Positions 1 through 9,301 of a DNA stretch of 64,000 nt are shown here, piece after piece. Positions within the stretch are counted from its first letter, which is position 1, and every line of letters starts with the position of its first letter. The DNA is taken from contig NC_086108.1 in the NCBI RefSeq assembly GCF_963921235.1, forward strand, positions 50,220,001-50,284,000. The letters run 5' to 3'. The position numbers and the translations under genes are program-made. Source of the DNA: Mobula hypostoma (lineage: Eukaryota). A model generated the notes under the pieces. That model worked only from the letters and a program-made list of their open reading frames with translations. It did no database searches and was not told where the DNA came from.

Positions 1-97
1 TCATTTCCCCTTTTCAACAAAGCACTTAAATCTATTACATACATCAACCACGCCCTTCCCCTGAAAGCGCAGACCCCCTAAATTCTTGATAAATTAA

Positions 98-424
98 AAT
101 GACATAGGTAGGAAAAGGGATGAGGTCCTGAAAGAAGAATATAGGGAGCTAGGAAGGGAGTTGAGAAAAAGGACCGCAAAGGTAGTAATCTCGGGATTAC
201 TGCCTGTGCCACGCGACAGTGAGAGTAGGAATGCGATGAGGTGGAGGATAAATGCGTGGCTGAGGGATTGGAGCAGGGGGCAGGGATTCAAGTTTTTGGA
301 TCATTGGGACCTCTTTTGGCGTAGGTGTGACCTGTACAAAAAGGACGGGTTACACTTAAATCCTAGGGGGACCAATATCCTGGCAGGGAGATTAGCGGGG
401 GCTACTGAGGTGACTTTAAACTAG
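98..424 (+). CDS. CR1 ORF1 C-terminal fragment (SGNH/GDSL esterase-like domain), 5'-truncated
   Basis: In frame NDIGRK (tail of the GxND block) ... VVISGLLP ... DGLHLN (DxxH block), ending TAG at 422-424. Confidence 0.85.
   Translation, partial: NDIGRKRDEVLKEEYRELGRELRKRTAKVVISGLLPVPRDSESRNAMRWRINAWLRDWSRGQGFKFLDHWDLFWRRCDLYKKDGLHLNPRGTNILAGRLAGATEVTLN
415..421 (+). promoter_or_regulatory. Candidate -1 programmed ribosomal frameshift slippery site T_TTA_AAC at the CR1 ORF1/ORF2 junction
   Basis: X_XXY_YYZ heptamer phased with ORF1 codons (ACT TTA AAC TAG). A -1 slip gives TTT AAA CTA GAA TGG, which is the ORF2 frame. Confidence 0.6.
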
Positions 425-3400
425 AATGGTTGGGGGGTGGGAATCAAATTAAAGCGGCTAGGTGTGAGGAGGTTAGTTCACAACAGAGGGATGGGAACCA
501 GTGCAGAGAGACAGAGGGGTGTAAAGTGAGCGTAGAAGCAAAAAGTACAAAGGGGAAAAGTAAAAGTGGCAGGCCGACAAATCCAGGGCAAGCATTAAAA
601 AGGGCTAAGAGAGTTGTAAAAGAGCGCCTGAAGGCTTTATGTGTCAATGCAAGGAGCATTCGTAATAAGGTGGATGAATTGAAAGTGAAGATTGTTATTA
701 ATGATTATGATATAGTTGGGATCACAGAGACATGGCTCCAGGGTGACCAGGGATGGGAGCTCAACGTTCAGGGATATTCAATATTCAGGAGGGATAGACA
801 TGAAGGAAGGGGAGGTGGGGTGGCGTTGCTGGTTAAAAAAGAGATTAACGCAATAGAAAGGAAGGACATAAGCCGGGAAGATGTGGAATCGATATGGGTA
901 GAGCTGCGTAACACTAAGGGGCAGAAGACGCTGCTGGGAGTTGTGTACAGGCCACCTAACAGTAGTAGTGAGGTCAGAGATGGTATTAAACAGGAAATTA
1001 GAAATGTGTGCAATAAAGGAACAGCAGTTATAATGGGTGACTTCAATCTACATGTAGACTGGGTGAACCAAATTGGTAAAGGTGCTGAGGAAGAGGATTT
1101 CTTGGAATGTATGCGGGATGGTTTTTTGAACCAACATGTCGAGGAACCGACTAGAGAGCAGGCTATTCTGGACTGGGTTTTGAGCAATGAGGAAGGGTTA
1201 ATTAGCGATCTTGTCGTGAGAGGCCCCTTGGGTAAGAGTGACCATAATATGGTGGAATTCTTCATTAACATGGAGAGTGACGTAGTTAATTCAGAAACAA
1301 AGGTTCTGAACTTAAAGAGGGGTAACTTTGAAGGTATGAGACATGAATTAGCTAAGATAGACTGGCAAATGACACTTCAAGGATTGACGGTGGATATGCA
1401 ATGGCAGGCATTTAAAGGTTGCATGGATGAACTACAACAATTGTTCACCCCAGTTTGGCAAAAGAATAAATCAAGGAAGGTAGTGCACCCGTGGCTGACA
1501 AGAGAAATTAGGGATAGTATCAATTCCAAAGAAGTAGCATACAAATTAGCCAGAGAAAGTGGCTCACCTGAGGACTGGGAGAAATTCAGAGTTCAGCAGA
1601 GGAGGACAAAGGGCTTAATTAGGAAGGGGAAAAAAGATTATGAGAGAAAACTGGCAGAGAACATAAAAACGGACTGTAAAAGCTTTTATAGATATGTAAA
1701 AAGGAAAAGACTGATAAAGACAAATGTAGGTCCCCTGCAAACAGAAACAGGTGAATTGATTATGGGGAGCAAGGACATGGCAGACCAATTGAATAATTAC
1801 TTTGGTTCTGTCTTCACTAAGGAGGACATAAATAATCTTCCAGAAATAGTAAGGGACAGAGGGTCCAGTGAGATGGAGGAACTGAGCGAAATACATGTTA
1901 GTAGGGAAGTGGTGTTAGGTAAATTGAAGGAATTGAAGGCAGATAAATCCCCAGGGCCAGATGGTCTGCATCCCAGAGTGCTTAAGGAAGTGGCCCAAGA
2001 AATAGTGGATGCATTAGTGATAATTTTTCAAAACTCGTTAGATTCTGGACTAGTTCCTGAGGATTGGAGGGTGGCTAATGTAACCCCACTTTTTAAAAAA
2101 GGAGGGAGAGAGAAACCGGGGAATTATAGGCCGGTTAGCCTAACGTCGGTGGTGGGGAAACTGCTGGAGTCAGTTATCAAGGATGTGATAACAGCACATT
2201 TGGAAAGCGGTGAAATGATCGGACAAAGTCAGCATGGATTTGTGAAAGGAAAATCATGTCTGACGAATCTCATAGAATTTTTTGAGGATGTAACTAGTAG
2301 AGTGGATAGGGGAGAACCAGTGGATGTGGTATATTTGGATTTTCAAAAGGCTTTTGACAAGGTCCCACACAGGAGATTAGTGTGCAAACTTAAAGCACAT
2401 GGTATTGGGGGTAAGGTATTGGTGTGGGTGGAGAATTGGTTAGCAGACAGGAAGCAAAGAGTGGGAATAAACGGGACCTTTTCAGAATGGCAGGCGGTGA
2501 CTAGTGGGGTACCGCAAGGCTCAGTGCTGGGACCCCAGTTGTTTACAATATATATTAATGACTTGGATGAGGGAATTAAATGCAGCATCTCCAAGTTTGC
2601 GGATGACACGAAGCTGGGTGGCAGTGTTAGCAGTGAGGAGGATGCTAAGAGGATGCAGGGTGACTTGGATAGGTTGGGTGAGTGGGCAAACTCATGGCAG
2701 ATGCAATTTAATGTGGATAAATGTGAAGTTATCCACTTTGGTGGCAAAAATAGGAAAACAGATTATTATCTGAATGGTGGCCGATTAGGAAAAGGGGAGG
2801 TGCAACGAGACCTGGGTGTCATTATACACCAGTCATTGAAAGTGGGCATGCAGGTACAGCAGGCGGTGAAAAAGGCGAACGGTATGCTGGCATTTATAGC
2901 GAGAGGATTCGAGTACAGGAGCAGGGAGGTACTACTGCAGTTGTACAAGGCCTTGGTGAGACCACACCTGGAGTATTGTGTGCAGTTTTGGTCCCCTAAT
3001 CTGAGGAAAGACATCCTTGCCATAGAGGGAGTACAAAGAAGGTTCACCAGATTGATTCCTGGGATGGCAGGTCTTTCATATGAAGAAAGACTGGATGAAC
3101 TGGGCTTGTACTCGTTGGAATTTAGAAGATTGAGGGGGGATCTGATTGAAACGTATAAGATCCTAAAGGGATTGGACAGGCTAGATGCGGGAAGATTGTT
3201 CCCGATGTTGGGGAGGTCTAGAACGAGGGGTCACAGTTTGAGGATAGAGGGGAAGCCTTTTAGGACCGAGGTTAGGAAAAACTTCTTCACACAGAGAGTG
3301 GTGAATCTGTGGAATTCTCTGCCACAGCAAACTGTTGAGGCCAGTTCATTAGCTATGTTTAAAAGGAAGTTAGATATGGCCCTTGTGGCTACAGGGGTCA

Positions 3401-3429
3401 CGGGGTATGGAGCGAATGCTGGGTTCTGA
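415..3429 (+). CDS. CR1 ORF2: AP-like endonuclease plus reverse transcriptase, intact
   Basis: EN motifs NARS, ITETW, GDFN, SDH. RT motifs KSPGPDG, YRPVSL, LDFQKAFDKV, GVPQGSVLGP, FADD. The frame is open from 409. The track start at 430 is TTG, and the first in-frame ATG is at 1033. Confidence 0.95.
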   Translation, partial: FKLEWLGGGNQIKAARCEEVSSQQRDGNQCRETEGCKVSVEAKSTKGKSKSGRPTNPGQALKRAKRVVKERLKALCVNARSIRNKVDELKVKIVINDYDIVGITETWLQGDQGWELNVQGYSIFRRDRHEGRGGGVALLVKKEINAIERKDISREDVESIWVELRNTKGQKTLLGVVYRPPNSSSEVRDGIKQEIRNVCNKGTAVIMGDFNLHVDWVNQIGKGAEEEDFLECMRDGFLNQHVEEPTREQAILDWVLSNEEGLISDLVVRGPLGKSDHNMVEFFINMESDVVNSETKVLNLKRGNFEGMRHELAKIDWQMTLQGLTVDMQWQAFKGCMDELQQLFTPVWQKNKSRKVVHPWLTREIRDSINSKEVAYKLARESGSPEDWEKFRVQQRRTKGLIRKGKKDYERKLAENIKTDCKSFYRYVKRKRLIKTNVGPLQTETGELIMGSKDMADQLNNYFGSVFTKEDINNLPEIVRDRGSSEMEELSEIHVSREVVLGKLKELKADKSPGPDGLHPRVLKEVAQEIVDALVIIFQNSLDSGLVPEDWRVANVTPLFKKGGREKPGNYRPVSLTSVVGKLLESVIKDVITAHLESGEMIGQSQHGFVKGKSCLTNLIEFFEDVTSRVDRGEPVDVVYLDFQKAFDKVPHRRLVCKLKAHGIGGKVLVWVENWLADRKQRVGINGTFSEWQAVTSGVPQGSVLGPQLFTIYINDLDEGIKCSISKFADDTKLGGSVSSEEDAKRMQGDLDRLGEWANSWQMQFNVDKCEVIHFGGKNRKTDYYLNGGRLGKGEVQRDLGVIIHQSLKVGMQVQQAVKKANGMLAFIARGFEYRSREVLLQLYKALVRPHLEYCVQFWSPNLRKDILAIEGVQRRFTRLIPGMAGLSYEERLDELGLYSLEFRRLRGDLIETYKILKGLDRLDAGRLFPMLGRSRTRGHSLRIEGKPFRTEVRKNFFTQRVVNLWNSLPQQTVEASSLAMFKRKLDMALVATGVTGYGANAGF

Positions 3430-3462
3430 GTTGGATGATCAGCCATGATCATAATAAATGGC

Positions 3463-3528
3463 GGTGCAGGCTCGAAGGGCCGAATGGCCTACTCCTGCAC
3501 CTATTTTCTATGTTTCTATGTTTCTATG
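3463..3528 (+). other. CR1 3'-terminal stem-loop and 8-bp microsatellite tail
   Basis: GGTGCAGG (3463-3470) pairs with CCTGCACC (3494-3501), with an inner GGCC-GAAT-GGCC hairpin, followed by (TTTCTATG)3. Confidence 0.8.
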
Positions 3529-3675
3529 TAAAACTTCTCAGATTCTTTTCCCCCCGTCTTCTACTAAGATTTACAGTGTTGACATAATTATGTAATATTT
3601 TGGCTTATTTTTAACGATTAGATAAAACAGTACAAAATCTCTCTGGTTGGCCCTGCAGAGTGACCACTCACCCAC

Positions 3676-3849
3676 CTTCTCAGCCTCGTTCAACTGGCCC
3701 AGTAAGAGGTGCAGGGAGCCGATGTTGAAGCAGATTTTGGAGCTGGGCTCCCGAATCGCAGCGAGAGTATCCAGCGCCGTTATCCATTCTTGTTGGTCCG
3801 CTGCCGTGATCGCCTCATCCCACAGCCGTATGGTGTCGGTCAAAGACAT
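3676..3849 (-). CDS. NCF2: Neutrophil cytosol factor 2 (p67phox), first coding exon (58 aa, TPR region); gene continues left of the window
   Basis: MSLTDTIRLWDEAITAADQQEW...SKICFNIG...EAEK matches the p67phox N-terminus (human MSLVEAISLWNEG...SRICFNIG...EAEK). Phase-0 donor AAG|GTGGGT at 3675. Neighbouring ARPC5 in the same orientation matches human synteny. Confidence 0.9.
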
Positions 3850-4430
3850 GCTGGTCTCCGGGTCTACGAGCGGGGGCTGCGATGTGTGAAACCGCGTGTC
3901 CTACACCGGTTCCTGACACCGCCGCGTCTGCCCAGTTTCTTCGAACGAAGCGTTGCAAATCAACTTCAAACGCAAGACTGACTTCTGGGCCAATTTCACA
4001 GGAAATCAGAGCACTGACTTTGCCACTTGACTCAGCTGACCAGCATGAATAGGCAAGAGCGCTAAAAGTATCTGCTGGACTTCACCCGCACACCGTTCGA
4101 AACATTTAAACATTGCAATAATGTGGATGAGGGGAAGTGAAAAAGACGTGGGCGATTTAACAGGGCCAATTCCAACCCCTCCCTACGCATTTTCCGTTTG
4201 TTTTGATTTTCCACTTAATAACCAATGCATCCGCTCATTGGATTTCTTCTGCTAATTGTTACCGAGGAGCGAGCCGTGATGCCCTGACGCAGGGCTGTGC
4301 CCCCACCCTGATCGCTCTGCGTTCATGTTTCCCCGGCAACAAAAATACCAACTCTGCCTCCCAGTGCGAGCCGGCTGCAGAAGCCGGAACTACCACAGTT
4401 TGGAACTGGGGCAGACGCTGCTGAGATTTG
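3850..4430. promoter_or_regulatory. Putative bidirectional promoter between NCF2 and the NmrA-like gene
   Basis: CpG-enriched unique DNA. ARE cores TGACTTTGC (4015-4023) and TGACTCAGC (4028-4036, contains AP-1). ETS-IRF composite GGAAGTGAAA (4133-4142). CCAAT boxes near 3990, 4166, 4222 and 4237 (reverse). Confidence 0.55.
4250..4430 (+). other. Putative non-coding first exon of the NmrA-like gene (5' end uncertain)
   Basis: Consensus donor TTG|GTGAGT at 4430/4431 downstream of the CCAAT boxes. The ATG exon at 9035 begins with a splice acceptor, so an upstream exon is required. Confidence 0.45.
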
Positions 4431-4550
4431 GTGAGTTCTTTGAGGGACGTGCCTCATTTCACGTCCACGCCGTGGATTGCGTTGTCCTGCAACACACATC
4501 AAAGTTGCTGGTGAACGCAGCAGGCCAAGCAGCATCTATAGGAAGAAGTG

Positions 4551-4588
4551 CAGTCGACGTTTCAGGCCGAGACCCTTCGTCAGGACTA
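4551..4588 (-). ncRNA. Minimal type I hammerhead ribozyme motif in Penelope pLTR (intact core)
   Basis: UAGUC CUGACGA AGG-gucucgg-CCU GAAA C GUC GACUG: stem I UAGUC/GACUG, 3-bp stem II, loopless palindromic ACGU stem III. Confidence 0.75.
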
Positions 4589-7040
4589 ACTGAAGGAAGA
4601 GTGAGTAAGGGATTTGAAAGTTGGAGGGGGAGGGGGAGATCCAAAATGATAGGAGAAGACAGGAGGGGGAGGGATGGAGCCAAGAGCTGGACAGGTGATT
4701 GGCAAAAGGGATACGAGAGGATCATGGGACAGGAGGTCCGGGAAGAAAAGCGGGGGGGGGGGGGACCCAGAGGATGGGCAAGGGGTATATTCAGAGGGAC
4801 AGAGGGAGAAAAAGGAGAGTGAGAGAAAGAATGTGTGCATAAAAATAAGTAACAGATGGGGTACGAGGGGGAGGTGGGGCATTAGCGGAAGTTAGAGAAG
4901 TTGATGTTCATGCCATCAGGTTGGAGGCTACCCAGACGGAATATAAGGTGTTGTTCCTCCAACCTGAGTGTGGCTTCATCTTTACAGTAGAGGAGGCCGT
5001 GGATAGACATGTCAGAATGGGAATGCGATGTGGAATTAAAATGTGTGGCCACTGGGAGATCCTGCTTTCTCTGGCGGACAGAGCGTAGGTGTTCAGCAAA
5101 GCGGTCTCCCACTCTGTGTCGGGTCTCGCCAATATATAGAAGGCCACATCGGGAGCACCAGACGCAGTATATCGCCCCAGCCGACTCACAGGTGAAGTGT
5201 TGCCTCACCTGGAAGGACTGTTTGGGGCCCTGAATGGTGGTAAGGGAGGAAGTGTAAGGGCATGTGTAGCACTTGTTCCGCTTACACGGATAAGTGCCAG
5301 GAGGGAGATCAGTGGGGAGGGATGGGGGGGACGAATGGACAAGGGAGTCGCGTAGGGAGCGATCCCTGCGGAATGTAGAGGGGGGGAGGGAAAGATGTGC
5401 TTAGTGGTGGGATCCCGTTGGAGGTGGCGGAAGTTACGGAGAATAATATGTTGGACCCGGAGGCTGGTGGGGTGGTAGGTGAGGACCAGAGGAACCCTAT
5501 TCCTAGTGGGGTGGCGGGAGGATGGAGTGAGAGCAGATGTACATGAAATGGGGGAGATGCGTTTAAGAGCAGAGTTGATAGTGGAGGAAGGGAAGCCCCT
5601 TTCTTTAAAAAGGGAAGACATCTCCCTCGTCCTAGAATGAAAAGCCTCATCCTGAGAGCAGATGCGGCGGAGACGGAGGAATTGCGAGAAGGGGATGGCG
5701 TTCTTGGAAGAGACAGGGTGAGGAGAGGAATAGTCCAGATAGCTGTGAGAGTCAGTAGGCTTATAGTAGACATCAGTGGATAAGCTCCAGAGACAGAAAG
5801 ATCTAGAAAGGGGAGGGAGGTGTCGGAAATGGACCAGGTAAACTTGAGGGCAGGGTGAAAGTTGGAGGCAAAGTTAATAAAGTCAATGAGCTCTGCATGC
5901 ATGCAGGAAGCAGCACCAATGCAGTCGTCGATGTAGCAAAGGAAAAGCGGGGGACAGATACCAGAATAGGCACGGAACATAGATTGTTCCACAAAGCCAA
6001 CAAAAAGGCAGACATAGCTAGGACCCATACGGGTGCCCATAGCTACACCTTTAGTTTGGAGGAAGTGGGAGGAGCCAAAGGAGTAAGGACTATTAAGAGT
6101 AAGGACTAATTCCGCTAGACGGAGCAGAGTGGTGGTAGCGGGGAACTGATTAGGTCTGGAATCCAAAAAGAAGCGTAGAGCTTTGAGACCTTCCTGATGG
6201 GGGATGGAAGTATATAGGGACTGGACATCCATGGTGAAAATAAAGTGGTGGGGGCCAGGGAACTTAAAATCATTGAAAAGTTTAAGAGCGTGAGAAGTGT
6301 CACGAACATATGTAGGAAGGGATTGAACAAGGGGGGATAAAACCGTGTCGAGGTATGCAGAAACGAGTTCGGTGGGGCAGGAGCAAGCTGAGACAATAGG
6401 TCGGCCAGGACAAGCAGGTTTGTGGATCTTGGGTAGGAGGTAGAAACGGGAAGTGCGAGGTGTGGGAACTATAAGGTTGGTAGCAGTGGATGGGAGATCC
6501 CCTGAGCGGATAAAGTCGGTGATGGTGTGGGAGACAATGGCCTGGTGCTCCTTAGTGGGGTCACAATCGAGGGGTAAATAAGAGGAGGTATCCGCAAGTT
6601 GTCGCTGTGCCTCGGCAAGGTAGAGGTCAGTACGCCAGTCTACAACAGCACCCCCCTTATCGGCGGGTTTAATAATAAGGTTAGGATTAGTGCGGAGGGA
6701 GTGGAGAGCAGAGCGTTCCGAAGAAGTGAGGTTGGAATGGGGACAAGGTGCAGTGAAGTCGAGACGGTTGATGTCCCATTGGCAGTTAGCAATAAAGAGA
6801 TCCAGAGCAGGCAGAAGACCAGAGCGGGGTGTCCATGAAGAAGAGGAGGGTTGAAGACGGGAGACGGGGTCATTGGTGTCTTTCTTCCCGGTCCTCCTGT
6901 CCCATGATCCTCTCATACCCCTTTTGCCTATCACCTGTCCAGCTCTTGGCTCCATCGCTCCCCCTCCTGTCTTCTCCTATCATTTTGGATCTCCCCCTCC
7001 CCCTCCCACTTTCAAATCCCTTACTCACTCTTCCTTCAGT

Positions 7041-7078
7041 TAGTCCTGACGAAGGGTCTCGGCCTGAAACGTCAACTG
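7041..7078 (+). ncRNA. Minimal hammerhead ribozyme motif in the inverted pLTR (stem I mismatch)
   Basis: TAGTCCTGACGAAGGGTCTCGGCCTGAAACGTCAACTG, with G>A at 7074 relative to the left copy. Confidence 0.65.
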
Positions 7079-9037
7079 CACCTCTTCCTACAGATGCTGC
7101 CTGGCCTGCTGCATTCACCAGCAACTTTGATGTGTGTTGCTTGAATTTCCAGCATCTGCAGAATTCCTGTTGTTTGCGTTGTCCTGCCCCCGTTTGGTCA
7201 CTTGCTTGGTTCAGTGTTTCCAAGTGACAGGTCAAACATTCTGATAGTCCACTTCATTGTACCTCAGGTGGAAAAGGGGCGATGGGTGGGAAGGAAATTG
7301 TTTTCTCCCATAACAGTCAACATATTGTCAATGAAGTTGCTCTTTGGCTCATGGTCTGGGTCCTATGATCTCAAGCTTTCCAGGTTTGATCGAAGAATTC
7401 ATTAATTAATGAGGATCACTAAAGTTCCTAGGTGGACTCCCAATTTACTACAAAAGGGTTTGCTTCCTGGGTCCAGGAACCTGTGGGTGACAACCATCCC
7501 AAGGGCCAAGGTGTGGGCCCAATCCTTATTTTCTCTCTGTCGAAGATGAAGAGGGAAAGGAGAGCAGGAGCAGGTTTTGGGAGGAAAAGGCTGAGATTTG
7601 GAGCTGGCAGAGCTGGGGGCTGAGGAAAGAGCAAGAGAGGCCCCTCCATTGGTTGGGATTGATCATGGCTCTCGCATTCCACCTGTCTTCGTGATACGCA
7701 GACCAGGGCAGTACGAAATGGAGAGCAAGTTACTGCCAATGTAGCAGGTTCCTCCTCACTTTGCATCCGATTAAATCCAAAGGTATGGCAGAGACCAGCA
7801 GCATTTCAGGAGTTGCCAGTCAGCACTGAACTTAACGTAAGACTGCCTTAGGGACTCCATCTCCAGATTCCTCTTCAGGGTTTACTCCTTCCCCAAGGCA
7901 GCGGAGGTTTGAGATCAGACTTTTCCTTGTCTACCACAAAAGTGATTGATTTTAAGGCGCCAGTAACCCGCCTTTGCCCTCTCCTGTCTGTAGAAATGGG
8001 TCCGCTGGGCTTAGTGGTTGAAATGAAAGCCAGGAGCTGGATTTGGTTGTCAGAGGCTATCTGAGAAGCAAACCATTGGGAGCATTTAATAGGTACTGTA
8101 GTGGGAGCTTATCCCACTACCACGCTCACCTGTAACAACCTTAAGGAACCAAAGATGAAGAGAAAGAAGGTGGAAAGAGCCAATGAGCTGCTGCTGAGGA
8201 AAGGAGAGGGAAAATAAGTTCAAAGTGCAGGGGGAAAATGGTGGGAGGAGAGAGACAGACAATAACCTGACAGCAAGAGAATGGGACGGAAGTCCTCCAG
8301 CACAGAACTGGGGAAGGCAAAGAAAAGACAGCATGGTGAAGGTGTGATGGCGAGGGGAGGAAGCTGGTGAGCAGACGGGGGAAGAGGGGGGAATGAAAGA
8401 CAAAGACTGAATAGGAAGAGTTCAAGAGTGGCACAAGACATTCATTAATGCAGGGGTCACAGAGAGACGTCCAAGTCTGGGGTGGGTAAATGAAAGCACG
8501 CAAATTGCAACCAATATACGGCCATGCTTGACGGTTTGCACACCCAGCACCCAGTGTGTCCACTGTGCAGCGTCCATCAGTACAGTCAGTGAAGGAAGCC
8601 AAACTGATCAGCCACTGTCCCTCATGAACATTGCCCCAGCCGTCTCCTTGCTCAGTAAAATGCTCACCCAACTCTCTCTTAAGGACATTTACCATCTGAG
8701 AAGGAAAGAATTTTACTAATTCACAGTTCCACAATCCCCATCTTCATCCTTGGGTCAGGTCTGGTCATTTTAAGCTCCATCTCTGTGCTCAACAGCACAA
8801 ATCCAAAGCCCATTTCCATCTCAGGCAGCCAGCTCCCAGTTACCACACTCCAAGATAGCAGCTGCAGAATTTTATCTGTACTCTGAAACATATATTTGAA
8901 AAAAATTACAACGATAAGTAATTTTGGTGAAAATATTTAAAATGAATTGCAGAACATTTTTGTGATTTTCTCTACAGTTAACAACTGGACGAATTGAAGT
9001 TCCCCAGCTAAACCTTTGAAACCTTCCTTTGCAGAGA

Positions 9038-9301
9038 ATGACAGAGACTGTGACTGTTTTTGGTGCTGACAGGCAGCAGGGGAATGCTGTTGCCACTGCC
9101 TTGCTGGAGGATGGTGGTTTCATTGTGCGTGCAGTAGTGCGAGAGTTAACCTCTCCCACAGCTCAGCTACTCCAGGCAGATGGGGCACACATCACACTGG
9201 CTGACGCTAATGACCCAGCGAGTGTGGACTCTGCTCTGCTTGGTGCACAGAAGTGCTTCGCGGTCACGCACACTGACTTTAACAACAGGGATCCGCTGCA
9301 G
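9038..9301 (+). CDS. NmrA-like family (HSCARG/NMRAL1-like) protein, coding exon 1 (aa 1-88)
   Basis: VTVFGADRQQGNAVATALLEDGGFIVRAVVR resembles NMRAL1 [31 protein letters not shown]. Acceptor ccttcctttgcAG at 9033-9034, Kozak A at -3, donor CAG|GTTGGT. Confidence 0.9.

Larger units (their letters stand above)
100..3528 (+). mobile_element. Young 5'-truncated CR1-clade LINE inside an NCF2 intron, antisense to NCF2
   Basis: ORF1 3' part, then an uninterrupted ~1000-codon EN-RT ORF2, a 3' stem-loop and a (TTTCTATG)3 tail at 3505-3528. Candidate TSD TAAAA at 95-99 and 3529-3533. Confidence 0.95.
4491..7173 (-). mobile_element. Penelope-like element (RT plus GIY-YIG endonuclease, frameshifted) with inverted pseudo-LTRs
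   Basis: RT motifs KPADKG, LPKIHK, GRPIVS, MDVQSLYT, GVAMG, YIDD. GIY-YIG IYCVWCSRCGLLYIGET. ~260-bp inverted repeats at 4489-4748 and 6881-7140, plus a 33-nt tail. 14-bp direct repeat TTGCGTTGTCCTGC at 4477-4490 and 7174-7187. Confidence 0.92.

Noticed and set aside
426-452. ATG immediately after the ORF1 stop as a reinitiation start for ORF2
   Set aside because: It is not in the ORF2 frame and closes after 8 codons.
3571-3849. NOXA1 identity, or a stand-alone 92-aa protein
   Set aside because: The MSL...LW...ICFNIG...EAEK pattern and ARPC5 synteny fit NCF2. Residues after 58 are intron read-through.
4325-7235. Multiple 70-165 aa ORFs recurring at both ends of the Penelope
   Set aside because: They are alternative-frame or antisense translations of the inverted pLTRs, not genes.
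8141-8734. 197-aa minus-strand ORF
   Set aside because: Low-complexity, pyrimidine-rich and degraded-repeat sequence with no recognisable domain or splice support.
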